Part shown: piece by piece, positions 11,187 to 21,517 of the stretch | Numbering within the stretch: the first letter of the stretch is position 1 | How the letters are laid out: the number at the start of each line of letters is the position of its first letter | Assembly (NCBI GenBank): GCA_000002445.1 | Contig: CH464491.1 | Span: forward strand, 4,096,001-4,160,000 | Origin: Trypanosoma brucei | Lineage: Eukaryota | Direction of reading: 5' to 3' | DNA length: 64,000 nt | Made by a program: the position numbers and the translations under genes | Notes under the pieces: model-generated | Database searches by the model: none | Seen by the model: the letters and a program-made list of their open reading frames with translations, nothing else | Told to the model about the DNA's origin: nothing

Positions 11187-11832
11187 AACCAACGAAGTGA
11201 GGTTGGGGGTATCAATACAAAATGCCTACGAGAGTCGCAATAAAAACGTAAAAAAGCAGTAGCACTACGGGGGGGGGGAATGTAAAGTAGGGAAAAAAGA
11301 AGACGGGATTCCGTACTGGGCATAGTTATTTCATTTTGGTGCAATCATAAAATTTGCAGGTTAGTGTACTGAGAGCAGGCTAAACAGTGGTGACTATCCT
11401 CGCTGTTGTCACCTTTCCCCAACCCCTTTCACTTTTTTATTGGTATAATACGGATAAGGGAAGAGGGAGGTAGAAAAATAAAATCGTTCTTTGGTGAGGC
11501 GAAACACAATATTAAAGTGTAAAGAAAGTCGTGAGAAAGGGGTGCGAAAAAATGTTAGTGGACGAGCCACAAAGTGATATTCCTATCGTTTCCATCTTCC
11601 CCCCTCCATCTAAAGGCTGTGACTACACTCAACGGTGCAGATTCGGAGAAAACGCTAAAGGTAGAAAATCGTTAGATGCTTCTGTCACCAACGGCGGCAT
11701 TACTGAGCTTACGCACATACAATCTATCCTAACACTTTTGATGGAGTTGTTATATACATCAAAACAATGAAAAAAAAACAAAATGAAGTCAAAAGAACCA
11801 GGGACGGGCCCCTAGACACGATTACGTGGCCA

Positions 11833-13461
11833 CTACTGGGGCACACCGGTGAGGTGGAAAATTGTTGCCGCTTGAGTGGTGAGAGCAACATCCAAAGGAG
11901 GCGGTGCCCGCAACTTATGCTTTGGAATGTGCATATCTTTTATATCATCATGTTGCAGCAATATTTCTTTCGCTTCTTTAACGCGAACGGAAAGTTTGTT
12001 GATACGCCTGCCAGCCTCCTTCGTTTTTCCGAGCAACTGCCGCTCAGTTTCCCTCAACGTATCAATACTACGCTTTACCAAGTGACAGTGAAAGTAACTC
12101 CTGGCAAGGTTATTCCTCTTGCGGATGTCAGCTACATTTATCGTACCATCTGCCGTGCCGAAGAGAACACCCGCACGATCCTTTTGGGCAAGCTTTTCCA
12201 CAAGTTCATTCTCGGCTGCTGTGACAGCTCCCTCTAACGCTGCCTTCTCACGTCGCAGGGCTGCCCGCTGACCCAGAAGACACAAATTGGAGAGGAATCC
12301 GTCCGCTTCCCCAAGATCCCTCTCGCCGAAAACACGTGCGGATACCTGTCCGGAATCTCTCGATGAACAGAGACGATCCACCGTATCTTTACACTTCACA
12401 GCAACTTTCTCTAGTCTCTGGCTCTCCTTCTCTTCGCGGGCCACGTTAGCCCGAAGCTTCGTGTGAGACCTGGCCGCTCGAGACATTTTCTTGTGGAGCG
12501 CTCGCATTCCTGCAACAGCTTCGGCTGTCTCACGCGCCATGGATCTAAGGCGGAAGAGTTCTTTCTTTACACTTTTCTTCTGATCTGTACTTCCTCGACT
12601 TTCGGTACCGGTGTTCTCCCATCTATTAATATCGTCCTGCCCTTCCATATCCTTTCTTGTTTCACCAGTGACTTCCTTAGGGCTTTTTCGCTTTCTTCGG
12701 GGGCTAGCTGACCCACGAGCAGTTCTGTAGCTTTTGATCGCCGCTGCTCGTTTGGCTGCACTACCAGCCCACAGACTATTGATAACCGCTGAGGCCTCTA
12801 CGCTCTGAACATGTGACGCAGGTGTCCTTTTGCCGCCAGGGTCCTCAACACTTGGAGCAATCAACTTATCCCTGGAAGTACGCGCCACACATGAAACCCG
12901 CCGCGGTTCGTACGCAAGAAGTTCAAACAGGCGAGATCCTGCTGATCGCCTTCCGCGAGAATTTGCTCGACGTGCATGATACACATGTTCGTGGCGCTTG
13001 ATTTGACTCATACAGTTAGCAAGGCAATCGTCTATGCTGTTCCTTTGGGTGGAGATAAAGTTTTTCTTCGGCACACCAAGCGGATGCCATGGTGTCACGT
13101 GTCTGCTCACACGCCGCCGTCCCGGTGTGAAAGATGTGCGTGACAAAGATCTATTTCTGCCTAACCTCCCTCTCTGGGAGGCGTAGGGACCAAAGTTATT
13201 CGACAAATACCCTGATTCCCCCCGCTGGTACACTGATACCGGTGAAGACCTTCGAAGCACAGCAAAATAGTCAGTGCTTGGCCGCTGTTCATGCTTCAGT
13301 GACCGACTGGAAGATCTAGAAACTCCCTTCCCCCTCCCCCGTCGCACGGTCGCGGCATATGAGCCGGCAAATGTGCTGGTTGGCATTCCGCCCTCCCTGC
13401 TCCCTGACACATCCACCCTCCCACCTACATCATTCCAGCTAGTCAAGGGACCACCTTTCAT
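11833..13461 (-). CDS. hypothetical basic, Ser/Arg-rich coiled-coil protein (~542 aa)
   Basis: Long minus ORF. First codon is TTG; I trimmed to the ATG at 13459..13461 (MKGGPLTSWND..). Highly basic, with predicted coiled-coil segments (..LEGAVTAAENELVEKLAQKD..). No family recognised. Confidence 0.45.
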   Translation of the reverse strand: MKGGPLTSWNDVGGRVDVSGSREGGMPTSTFAGSYAATVRRGRGKGVSRSSSRSLKHEQRPSTDYFAVLRRSSPVSVYQRGESGYLSNNFGPYASQRGRLGRNRSLSRTSFTPGRRRVSRHVTPWHPLGVPKKNFISTQRNSIDDCLANCMSQIKRHEHVYHARRANSRGRRSAGSRLFELLAYEPRRVSCVARTSRDKLIAPSVEDPGGKRTPASHVQSVEASAVINSLWAGSAAKRAAAIKSYRTARGSASPRRKRKSPKEVTGETRKDMEGQDDINRWENTGTESRGSTDQKKSVKKELFRLRSMARETAEAVAGMRALHKKMSRAARSHTKLRANVAREEKESQRLEKVAVKCKDTVDRLCSSRDSGQVSARVFGERDLGEADGFLSNLCLLGQRAALRREKAALEGAVTAAENELVEKLAQKDRAGVLFGTADGTINVADIRKRNNLARSYFHCHLVKRSIDTLRETERQLLGKTKEAGRRINKLSVRVKEAKEILLQHDDIKDMHIPKHKLRAPPPLDVALTTQAATIFHLTGVPQ

Positions 13462-13787
13462 GTACAAGCCGCTGCGTTAAGAGAAGCGATGCGTAAATAA
13501 AATAAGCCCAATTAGGACTCGCTATTCAAAAATTAAAAAAAAAGTATATGTGAGGGGAAACTACAAGGCTTAATTACCAAAAAAGAAACCGAAGGGAAGG
13601 AAGAAGTGGTGGACTCTAGGAAACAGCTTCGCAGTGGTGATACGTGAAATTAGTACAAAGAGGTTTAAAAATGGGGGAAAAAAGTACAAAGCACTCACCA
13701 CATCAAAGGATGTCATTGTGCTCTATAGTTTACACCCATCCAACATTAACAGAGGTACCTCTCCGCGATCTGTAACTATCCGACGGC

Positions 13788-16700
13788 TTAAGAATCCCTG
13801 CTCTCGTCGTTACATAACGAAGCAACGTTACCTCGTTCATCAGAACTTTCAATGTCCATCTGCTCGTACTTGCGACTCAGATTACCCATCACCACGAAGC
13901 TGCTGCTAGCAAGCCGACTTCGTATACGGTTAAAGTGTTCTACAATGCAATTGTTTTCCTTCCTGTAGGTTGAGATAACCGAATTTGAATGCAGTATCTT
14001 CCTCTGCAAATATTCCACCTCTTCCCGTAGCCGCGCAACGGTCTTGGGTGGGTCCTTGGGAAGACTTCCATCATCAAGCTTCAACAAAGATGGCATATCT
14101 ACCCTTTTCCCAGTTTCTTTTTCGTAAACAGCGATCTCTTCTTCTAGAAGCGTCATCGCCCGGGGTATCTTCTCATCCCTGTCCAGTTGTTCCGACAGAA
14201 AGTTCATTTCCTCATGATATGCCTCGTAGCGGTAGGCAACACGTATGTCAGAGACTCGGCTCTTGCGTGCATCATTTCCAAGTGTCGAATTGAGGTAATA
14301 CAAATTCCCGAGGGCGTTCTTCTTCCATGCGTGAGGGAAGCCACTCTGTAGCACACTGTTACGTGCAATCTCTGACAAATCATTGAATTCAAACTTCCAA
14401 AGTTTGGCGGCAATAGAGTATTCTTCAATAAGCGGTTCCCGTGTGAAGTGGAAGTAAAGCGGTTGATTGGTCGCAAGGCTAACATTTAGCCCACGGCGAA
14501 AAAATAGAGGAAAGGGGTTCAAAAGATACTCTGAGGCGGCCGCGGTATTGCTCAACGGCGACATCGCCACACCCACCTGAGTTATATAGTACATGTATTC
14601 TAGCACGGGGTTGTTACGCAGCGTCACACCATGGTTAATGCCATCGGCCAGCAAAAATCCCCCAATGAGATGTTCAATGTCCCCCAACTCACCGCATTGG
14701 GGTCGAAACGCGAAGGTGCTAAGTCCGCGCGATGCGCGGAACTGATTCAATGTTGTAATGTTTGCCCAATAGTAGTAGAGATACATGTTATATGGCGGGT
14801 TTAACTCACTATTCCAGTCGTGTGGGTACTTGCAGGTGAGTGGAAGATCAATTTTCGTTTCATCATCAACGCAGTCCATCCCTGATACGTGTGTGAGAAA
14901 ATAGTGAAATCTCGTGTCTTTGGCGGGATGAAGACTGACTTCCCACAAGGGCTGGAAGATATTGTCCAAGTACTCGCCGAAGTTACGCACGATCCCCTGC
15001 TGACGGAGCCGACGGTAGCACCGGGGCAAACTAATCATCCAACGGTTCTGCCTGCTCGCCATGCCATAGCGATCAAACCAGTGTGCCAACAAGGCCCATT
15101 CACTCTTTGATTTGCCACCAATAACCAAACGGTTTTCAGAAAAACTGAAAGCATCCTCCTGATACAGCTCTAGTGTGCGTTTTGTCAGTTCAGCAAAATA
15201 GCGTCCCTTCATAAAGTTATCCGGGTCCAAAAAAGTTGTGCGCAGCTGCGGGTTCGTGTTTAACAAATGATTCAATTCATCGACGGTAATGCGCGTGGGA
15301 TTAATCTTGTGCCGCTCCAGCACTTGCCTTAATGTCACCGGCTGGTTGTCCTCCTCAAACACTACATCATGTCCATGATGAAGCGCCTTCTCCACGAAGA
15401 ACTCCAGCAGCGTACGGGCATTCATACCGGCCGCCGTTTGCACGTTAGTATCCACCTTATGCGCGGTGAAAAAGTCCCTGTTATTCCATTCCTTTTCCTC
15501 CTTCTTACCAGCTTCTTTAGAAATGTTAAGGGCCAGGTGAAGATGGAACTTCCGCTCCAGAAGATTCAACCGCTGCGTAGCGAGATTCCGCAGCTTTTGG
15601 TGACCCATAACCGCACCCCGGACGGTGTACACGTCACGTATGAACTCCTTAACAGGAGGAATGAAACTTGGCCACTGTGGCGCCAACCCACTGCGACACG
15701 TGAGAAAAACACCATAGTAGTTGTTATATTCCCAAAGCGACTCATCGAAATTAGAGTCGTTGAATACATCCTCCACCTTTACGTCAACATATTTAACACG
15801 CGGATTAACGTACTTACTTCGGAGAACAATAATTTCGCGAAGCAGCTCGACTGCTTCTCGTTCACGGAAGCCTGTGGGCCCGTCAGTAACATCGATTCGT
15901 GAGAAGACGACACGCCAATCCGTGTGATTGGCTCGCTTTGCATTTCGCAACTGTTGAAGATCGTCGTCCAACGTCCTTGCGGCACCCGTCACGGTGACCA
16001 TGTTTATGCGTGTGGGCTGCTCTCCCTTCTTAGCCACCTGCGAAAGGACAAGGTTCAGCACCGCCTCTTCGTGTACTAAACATTCTTGGCGGAATTGTAA
16101 ACGGGAATCACAGGCACCCAAGCGGCGAACATCACCTCCACCAAACTCCAGGTGCTGAAAGATGTCACCCAACCACTTTTGCTTTACCGCGTCAGGAAAG
16201 TTACTGTTGAGAACACTGTTCCGCGACAGTTCATACACAGCCATTGGCGTCATGGAAAACAACTTCATCAGCGTTGCGTATTCCTCCAGCAGTGGATTGA
16301 TTGAGTGGTGCACATAAAGAGGATCGGATGTTGTTATAGATACCACCAATCCCCGGAGAAAGTATCGAACAATGGGATGGTCAAAGTAAGACATGCTCAG
16401 CGCATTGTCACGCAGAGGTGACATAACAATACCAATCCGACAGTACATGAAGAGGTACTGCATGATCCAGCTACTTTGCAGCGTGTTGGCGTGGTACACT
16501 ACGTCACCTAGTAGGAAACTGGATATCAGTTGCTCGTACATGGGGGCCCGCTCGAACACGGAGGGACTGAAGTTGAGTGTGTTTAAGTCATACCGCGCGC
16601 GCAGGCAGTTCAGCGCTAAAAGGTTAGACCATATGTAGTAAAAGAAGTAGCAGTCGCTAATGGAAGCTGTGTATTTCACTTGCTCCGGACTTACAGCATC

Positions 16701-18041
16701 CAATGTAATGCTCTGCGATTGCGTTTGAGACCCCGTTAGAATGCTGATGGAGCCTGTTTTCTTCAGTAATAAGGCGACGTCCACCCACCGCTGTTCTGAT
16801 GGGTGCAATGTAGCCATAAACATCGGATAGAAAATATTCTTTAGTTGGTCGGAAAAGGTGTCACATGTAATAGGTTGCATGTTTGGCCCTTCAGGGGGTG
16901 CAGTACGGGGGATGCAAATTGTCCAGCTGTTTAGGGTGAATGAGTTAAACCCTTGTCGACTCACCCACGCAGCAAGTTTCTCTAGTTCCTCCGCATTGTG
17001 TCCATAAACCTTAAGTTGCATTTCTGTGGCAAAGGTCTGTCGCCCCCGGAACTCCCGCTGTTCGAACTCTGGACGAATGATAGACCCAAGGAGATCACCA
17101 TCTCTCGAACCGTTTGTAGAGAGAAATGACTGAAGCAAATCGGTGGCAAAACGGCCTCCTGGGTTGAGCGCCGAGTCAAACGCATCGTATTGCTGAAATT
17201 TGTTGTGATACTTGGGCGGGTGCATCCCAAGTCCTTGCACTGTTAGCTGACGTGGGTCCTTCACACCATGAGATTCCAAGTATTCATGCAGCAGTACGGT
17301 TTTCCCCTTCTCCCGGAATAGCGGGGTACGTGGTTGTTCAGTGGCTGTTGAGATGATGAACTCAAGCACAACCTGAGCTATGACAGAAGTGTTCAACTGT
17401 AGTGCGTTGTCAACGCGCGTACACTGGACATACATATTGTCACCACACACAGGTCTATCTACATTGGACTCTATTTTCCAATTCAACAATGCAAATAACT
17501 GTGACTTTCTCTCCAAAGTAAGGAGTCGGGACCTCGCCGCTGAAAGACAGGGGCCAGATTCAATCACACTGTAGACCAACCGCACGTCCCGTACATACGT
17601 TTCCCACGGTATTACATGCGTCTTCATGCCGCCAAACCGATAAACGCCCCGGTCAAATACTAGTGTTGTCTCGTCGTCCCCTGGGGTAATGTCAGAGGAT
17701 TCTTCCTCGTCGCCCTCTTTTGTTAGGCTATCAAACTCACCCTTGTCTCGTTGCTTGTATTTCTGCCTCGCAAGAATGACATTGGCGATCATCTCTGCAC
17801 ACTTTGCAAAGTCTCTATCGCCGTCATCCTCGCCTATAATAACCCTCTGGTATCGACTCGACGGATTCTTTCTAATATTCTTTCTTCCTGCATCGGCGTT
17901 GAATGCTGTCTTTTCTCTCTGCCACGCAGACTGCTCCGTGCGTGAGAGTTCCGGCTGGGGGCCAGTCTTGATGGAAGTAGGTGATCGGTCACGAGGCGAA
18001 GCAACCGGCCCCGACATGGGAAGGGGCGTTGGATCCGACAT
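13788..18041 (-). CDS. AMP deaminase-like protein (1417 aa) with two tandem AMP/adenosine-deaminase-fold domains, both apparently missing the catalytic zinc ligands (candidate pseudoenzyme)
   Basis: True ATG (cat at 18039..18041; MSDPTPLP..). The C-terminal domain aligns block for block with canonical AMPD ([16 protein letters not shown] vs [25 protein letters not shown] vs [66 protein letters not shown] vs [46 protein letters not shown]). The N-terminal domain is a second, more diverged copy (..[42 protein letters not shown]..). Confidence 0.8.
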   Translation of the reverse strand: [1417 protein letters not shown]

Positions 18042-18385
18042 CTCTAATTGTTGAAAATGGCGCTACCTAAGGGGGACCAACGATTTGAGTTTCTTTTTAT
18101 TTTTCTAATGGGGAAGAATGGGGAGAAAATGAGGAGATGACGAGAAAATTAGTGCACTTGCGTTATCATCAGAGTTCGGCTGTACAACTAGGGCGATGCA
18201 GCACGATGAAACAACAAATACAACAACGCGAGGCGTGGCAGTAGTTGGCGTCGCTGCTGGTGGAATGGAAATTAGCCAATTACACTACAGAAAACAGGAA
18301 TGAAACAAGAGCGTACGAGACGGGAAAATACCAATGGCAAACAAAAAGCAACACCACCGGCTTAACCTAACGTTCTTATCCGCTC

Positions 18386-19519
18386 CTACGAGTTTTGAAC
18401 AACCTGCGCTCTCTTTCGGTTCTCCTTGATCAAGCGCACGGCGAGAGTTATTACACCATAGACAGGCATCAAAATGGAGAGGTGGTTTACCACAGCTTGA
18501 TCCCATGGAATGTAAATCTGTGGCAACAGTAGTTGATGAAACTGCAGGTCGGCCGCAGCTCGCGCAAGTTTGGTGAAGTCACTTTCATGGACAAGTTTTT
18601 CAAGACGATCGACAGCTCCCCTAACACCCTCTGGCACGGGCATTTCGGGGTGAGCATCCACCGACATCTTCAGCTGCCTGAGTGCACGAAGGGCGTAATG
18701 GCAACCACGAACTTTACGCATCATCGCCCATCGTTGGGTTGCATTGGCGTCACGGAAGTTTTCAATCTCTAACCAGTCTGCTAGAAGTGTCGCCACCGCA
18801 GCCTCCACTTCACGCTTCGTGGTCTCCATCCCCATTTCAGTGGGAACGGTGCAGTACGCGCGCTTGTCATCGAAGAGAAAGCAGCGAACAGACTTGGCCG
18901 CAGACGGGGGCGCAGCGAAAAAGCTGATCGTGTGCATTAAGAGTTCTTCTTTCAAGCTAACGGCGTATGCATGCTTAGCGACGGAGAGTCCGAGCTGTTG
19001 CTTGATAGCGGCATTTGCCAACGGATCTTGACTCACCTTACCGCTCCCACTCCACTTCGTGCTGCTACTACTGCTTTTCTCCAGGTTCCCATCGGAACCC
19101 AACTGCGAAACCCTTACAATGCGCTGTATGAACTGTTGCTTCCGATTGCCCGCACCAGACACCACCTTTTCGATGCGATCAAGGGTGTCGTGAACGGGCA
19201 ACGACCACTCCTCGCGCGCCACCCAGATGGCAACACCAATCTGTGTGGGTACAGGGTGAAGCACAGACTCAGGTGCCGACGCATTGAAGGCGTCTCCCAA
19301 AGAACGACACTTAGATTCTATCGATTCCATGAGGGTTGGCAACGAGATATCTGTGCGGTCCTTGCAAATTGAAATGTAGTGCACCCCCAGTACAACAGCA
19401 CCTGTTAGCAGGCAAGCGGCAATTAATGGAGTGTTGTCGGTAAACCTCCAATCGCACCTTTTTTTTTCATCATCCAATTTCCGTTCGGCGGAATTCGCCA
19501 GATCACCGCTGCTCCTCAT
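18386..19519 (-). CDS. hypothetical protein (377 aa) with a predicted transmembrane segment near the N-terminus
   Basis: True ATG (cat at 19517..19519). Hydrophobic segment LIAACLLTGAVVLGVHYI. No family recognised. Confidence 0.45.
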   Translation of the reverse strand: MRSSGDLANSAERKLDDEKKRCDWRFTDNTPLIAACLLTGAVVLGVHYISICKDRTDISLPTLMESIESKCRSLGDAFNASAPESVLHPVPTQIGVAIWVAREEWSLPVHDTLDRIEKVVSGAGNRKQQFIQRIVRVSQLGSDGNLEKSSSSSTKWSGSGKVSQDPLANAAIKQQLGLSVAKHAYAVSLKEELLMHTISFFAAPPSAAKSVRCFLFDDKRAYCTVPTEMGMETTKREVEAAVATLLADWLEIENFRDANATQRWAMMRKVRGCHYALRALRQLKMSVDAHPEMPVPEGVRGAVDRLEKLVHESDFTKLARAAADLQFHQLLLPQIYIPWDQAVVNHLSILMPVYGVITLAVRLIKENRKRAQVVQNS

Positions 19520-20443
19520 TGGTTACAGATTGTCCTTTTCCTCGCTCCAGCCGGAGTATTTAACGACACCACTGATGCCACCAACTGGTGTGCCACAAGA
19601 GGGGGTTAAATCAAAGAAAACCCTCCCCTTAGTTCTTAAATTTCCCTGCGTATCAAGCCGCCTGAGCTACCTACACCCTTTTCGACTGCTTTCCCTGTCA
19701 AGTCGTTACCACCAATACCGGAGTTCGTTTATCTTGCTACTTGCACATGTCGGTGATGTAGTGAAAAAATAATGCAGAGTAACAGGTGGCAAATGCTCGC
19801 ATTAGTTCAGGGTTTCTGGTACCAACTATGCCAATACATAACAAAACGGAGGAGCCCATAGCTGAGGAAGCAAAATCGCACATTATGTAACTGTGTTACG
19901 TTTCGTTTAGCATTTATGATGAAAAGGGGAGTCAAGAAGCGCCGACACTGCATCGTGGAGCGTATCCAAATAAAAATCTCTTGCCATTTAAACGGTAAGA
20001 CACCACAGCTCCCACCTATTCCCCCCTCTCTTATGCAAGCACACACAACCACACAAGCGAAGACCGCTTAGTGGGGCTGTGTGGCGTTGTGGCAAAGTCA
20101 ATGACTTTCGCTTTCTTTGTTGTTGCTGCCCGTGCCGGGTGCTCCAGTGGGGTGTACATCTAAAGGGGAGTACGAAAACGTGTACGACCCCCTTGTTACG
20201 AAGATAGGCCGAGCGAGAGCAACAACTGGGGAGCCGGCGGCTTCGGACCTTCTGCCGGCTAGACCCGTCCAGTAAGACAACACGCCCACTGAAGCGCAAA
20301 AAACGAAATGCGTGGAACCAGGAGGGAGGCACGGTGGTCGTTGAATCAGCTGTATTTCGAGCATGACGCGACACTGATAGCGATGACACTTGTTATATTC
20401 AACGTACACTTATTCGCCGCTCTCCTAACCGGGAATTTGTCAT

Positions 20444-21517
20444 TCAGCTGGCTCCCTTAATATACGGCACAAACTTTTGAGTTCTGGAGCCGCGAGGAAG
20501 GGGTTTGAGCTTCTGGGGAGGATGACCCACTGAAGTACAAGAGGACGCAGCCCCTGTAAGCTCTACATTCCCTCCACCAGACACGGGCCCCTCCCTCCAA
20601 AAAGCGAGAACATTGTCCTCACCCCCAGTAATCAAACAATCCTCTACGCCAATGGCGACGCGGCTGATCTCTTTGTGAAACTGAGGAAGTGCTACCCGCT
20701 CGCGAGTGGCCACATCCATGACGCTAAGCGGACCCGCATTGCCATCCTCGTCCCGCACCCCAGTTACGAGGTAAAGCCGCCCCCTGAGAGAACAAATATC
20801 TACGCAATACGTCGCATCATCAGGCCTCTCGTATCGCACCTCCTGTTGTTGAAGAACATACGGGAAGGTGTAGGCGTTTTCACATGATCCGACGATCCCA
20901 AGCGTAGCATGCTCGGGGAACGCGTTCATCTTTGTTGCCACCTCCCCACAGGAGAGCGCCTGGAGAAGCATATCATTTTCCTTGACAACTGGTGAAGAAT
21001 CGATAAAGTTGATCATTTGATCTTCTCCAGCGGAGCAGTACACTGACTCGCTAATGAAACGCACACGAGTTATCTCGTCAAGGTGCATTGTACCTATAAT
21101 CCTTTTGGTGTTCCAGGTTCGTGTGTCAACGATATGTATGTCACCGTTAACAGCAACCGCAATATCGTCTCCATTGGGAGACGTAGCCACCGCCCCACCA
21201 GTAGCCCCGGTGCCGCAGTACTCGCTAAGAAAGTGCGCAGGAGACTGTTGCCTTATGTCGCTCACCATAACCCCCGTATCCTCTTGTGCGCTATATAGTA
21301 CGTGGGGTTGAGTAGGTGAAGAAGTGACATCCCGTATTGTACACGTGTGACCGCGTATTGTGCACAGAGCTGAAGCTGTGCAGGCGTCATAGCACTGAAT
21401 GGTTTGGTTGGAGAGGGAAAGGCAGAGTGCAACACTACCACTACCCGTGCACAGGCAACCGTCGAGAGCGTACACTCCTTCCTGATCAGATATTCTCACA
21501 CTGTGATGCACCTGCAT
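20444..21517 (-). CDS. hypothetical protein (~357 aa), possibly a WD40-like beta-propeller
   Basis: The ORF-track start is GTG; I trimmed to the ATG at 21515..21517 (MQVHHSVRISDQEG..). Repeated ..GH.C.I.DV..S....LYSA.ED..V.V.D.. type strands are suggestive of WD repeats. Weak call. Confidence 0.4.
   Translation of the reverse strand: MQVHHSVRISDQEGVYALDGCLCTGSGSVALCLSLSNQTIQCYDACTASALCTIRGHTCTIRDVTSSPTQPHVLYSAQEDTGVMVSDIRQQSPAHFLSEYCGTGATGGAVATSPNGDDIAVAVNGDIHIVDTRTWNTKRIIGTMHLDEITRVRFISESVYCSAGEDQMINFIDSSPVVKENDMLLQALSCGEVATKMNAFPEHATLGIVGSCENAYTFPYVLQQQEVRYERPDDATYCVDICSLRGRLYLVTGVRDEDGNAGPLSVMDVATRERVALPQFHKEISRVAIGVEDCLITGGEDNVLAFWREGPVSGGGNVELTGAASSCTSVGHPPQKLKPLPRGSRTQKFVPYIKGAS

Noticed and set aside
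11265-11280. G10 and C10 homopolymer runs (11270s, 22063-22075, 48930-48941, 56461-56472, 63957-63967) as possible G-quadruplex or regulatory elements
   Set aside because: These are single short runs in spacers without the repeated G-tract spacing needed for a quadruplex. They are more likely ordinary homopolymer instability, though the 63957 run lies in the putative strand-switch region and is mentioned there.
19988-20409. Overlapping 103- and 133-aa minus ORFs between the WD-like gene and the 377-aa gene
   Set aside because: They sit in mutually overlapping frames with Arg/Ser/Cys-rich composition and no conserved motif. Most likely this is spacer or UTR. Kept out of the feature list for lack of support.
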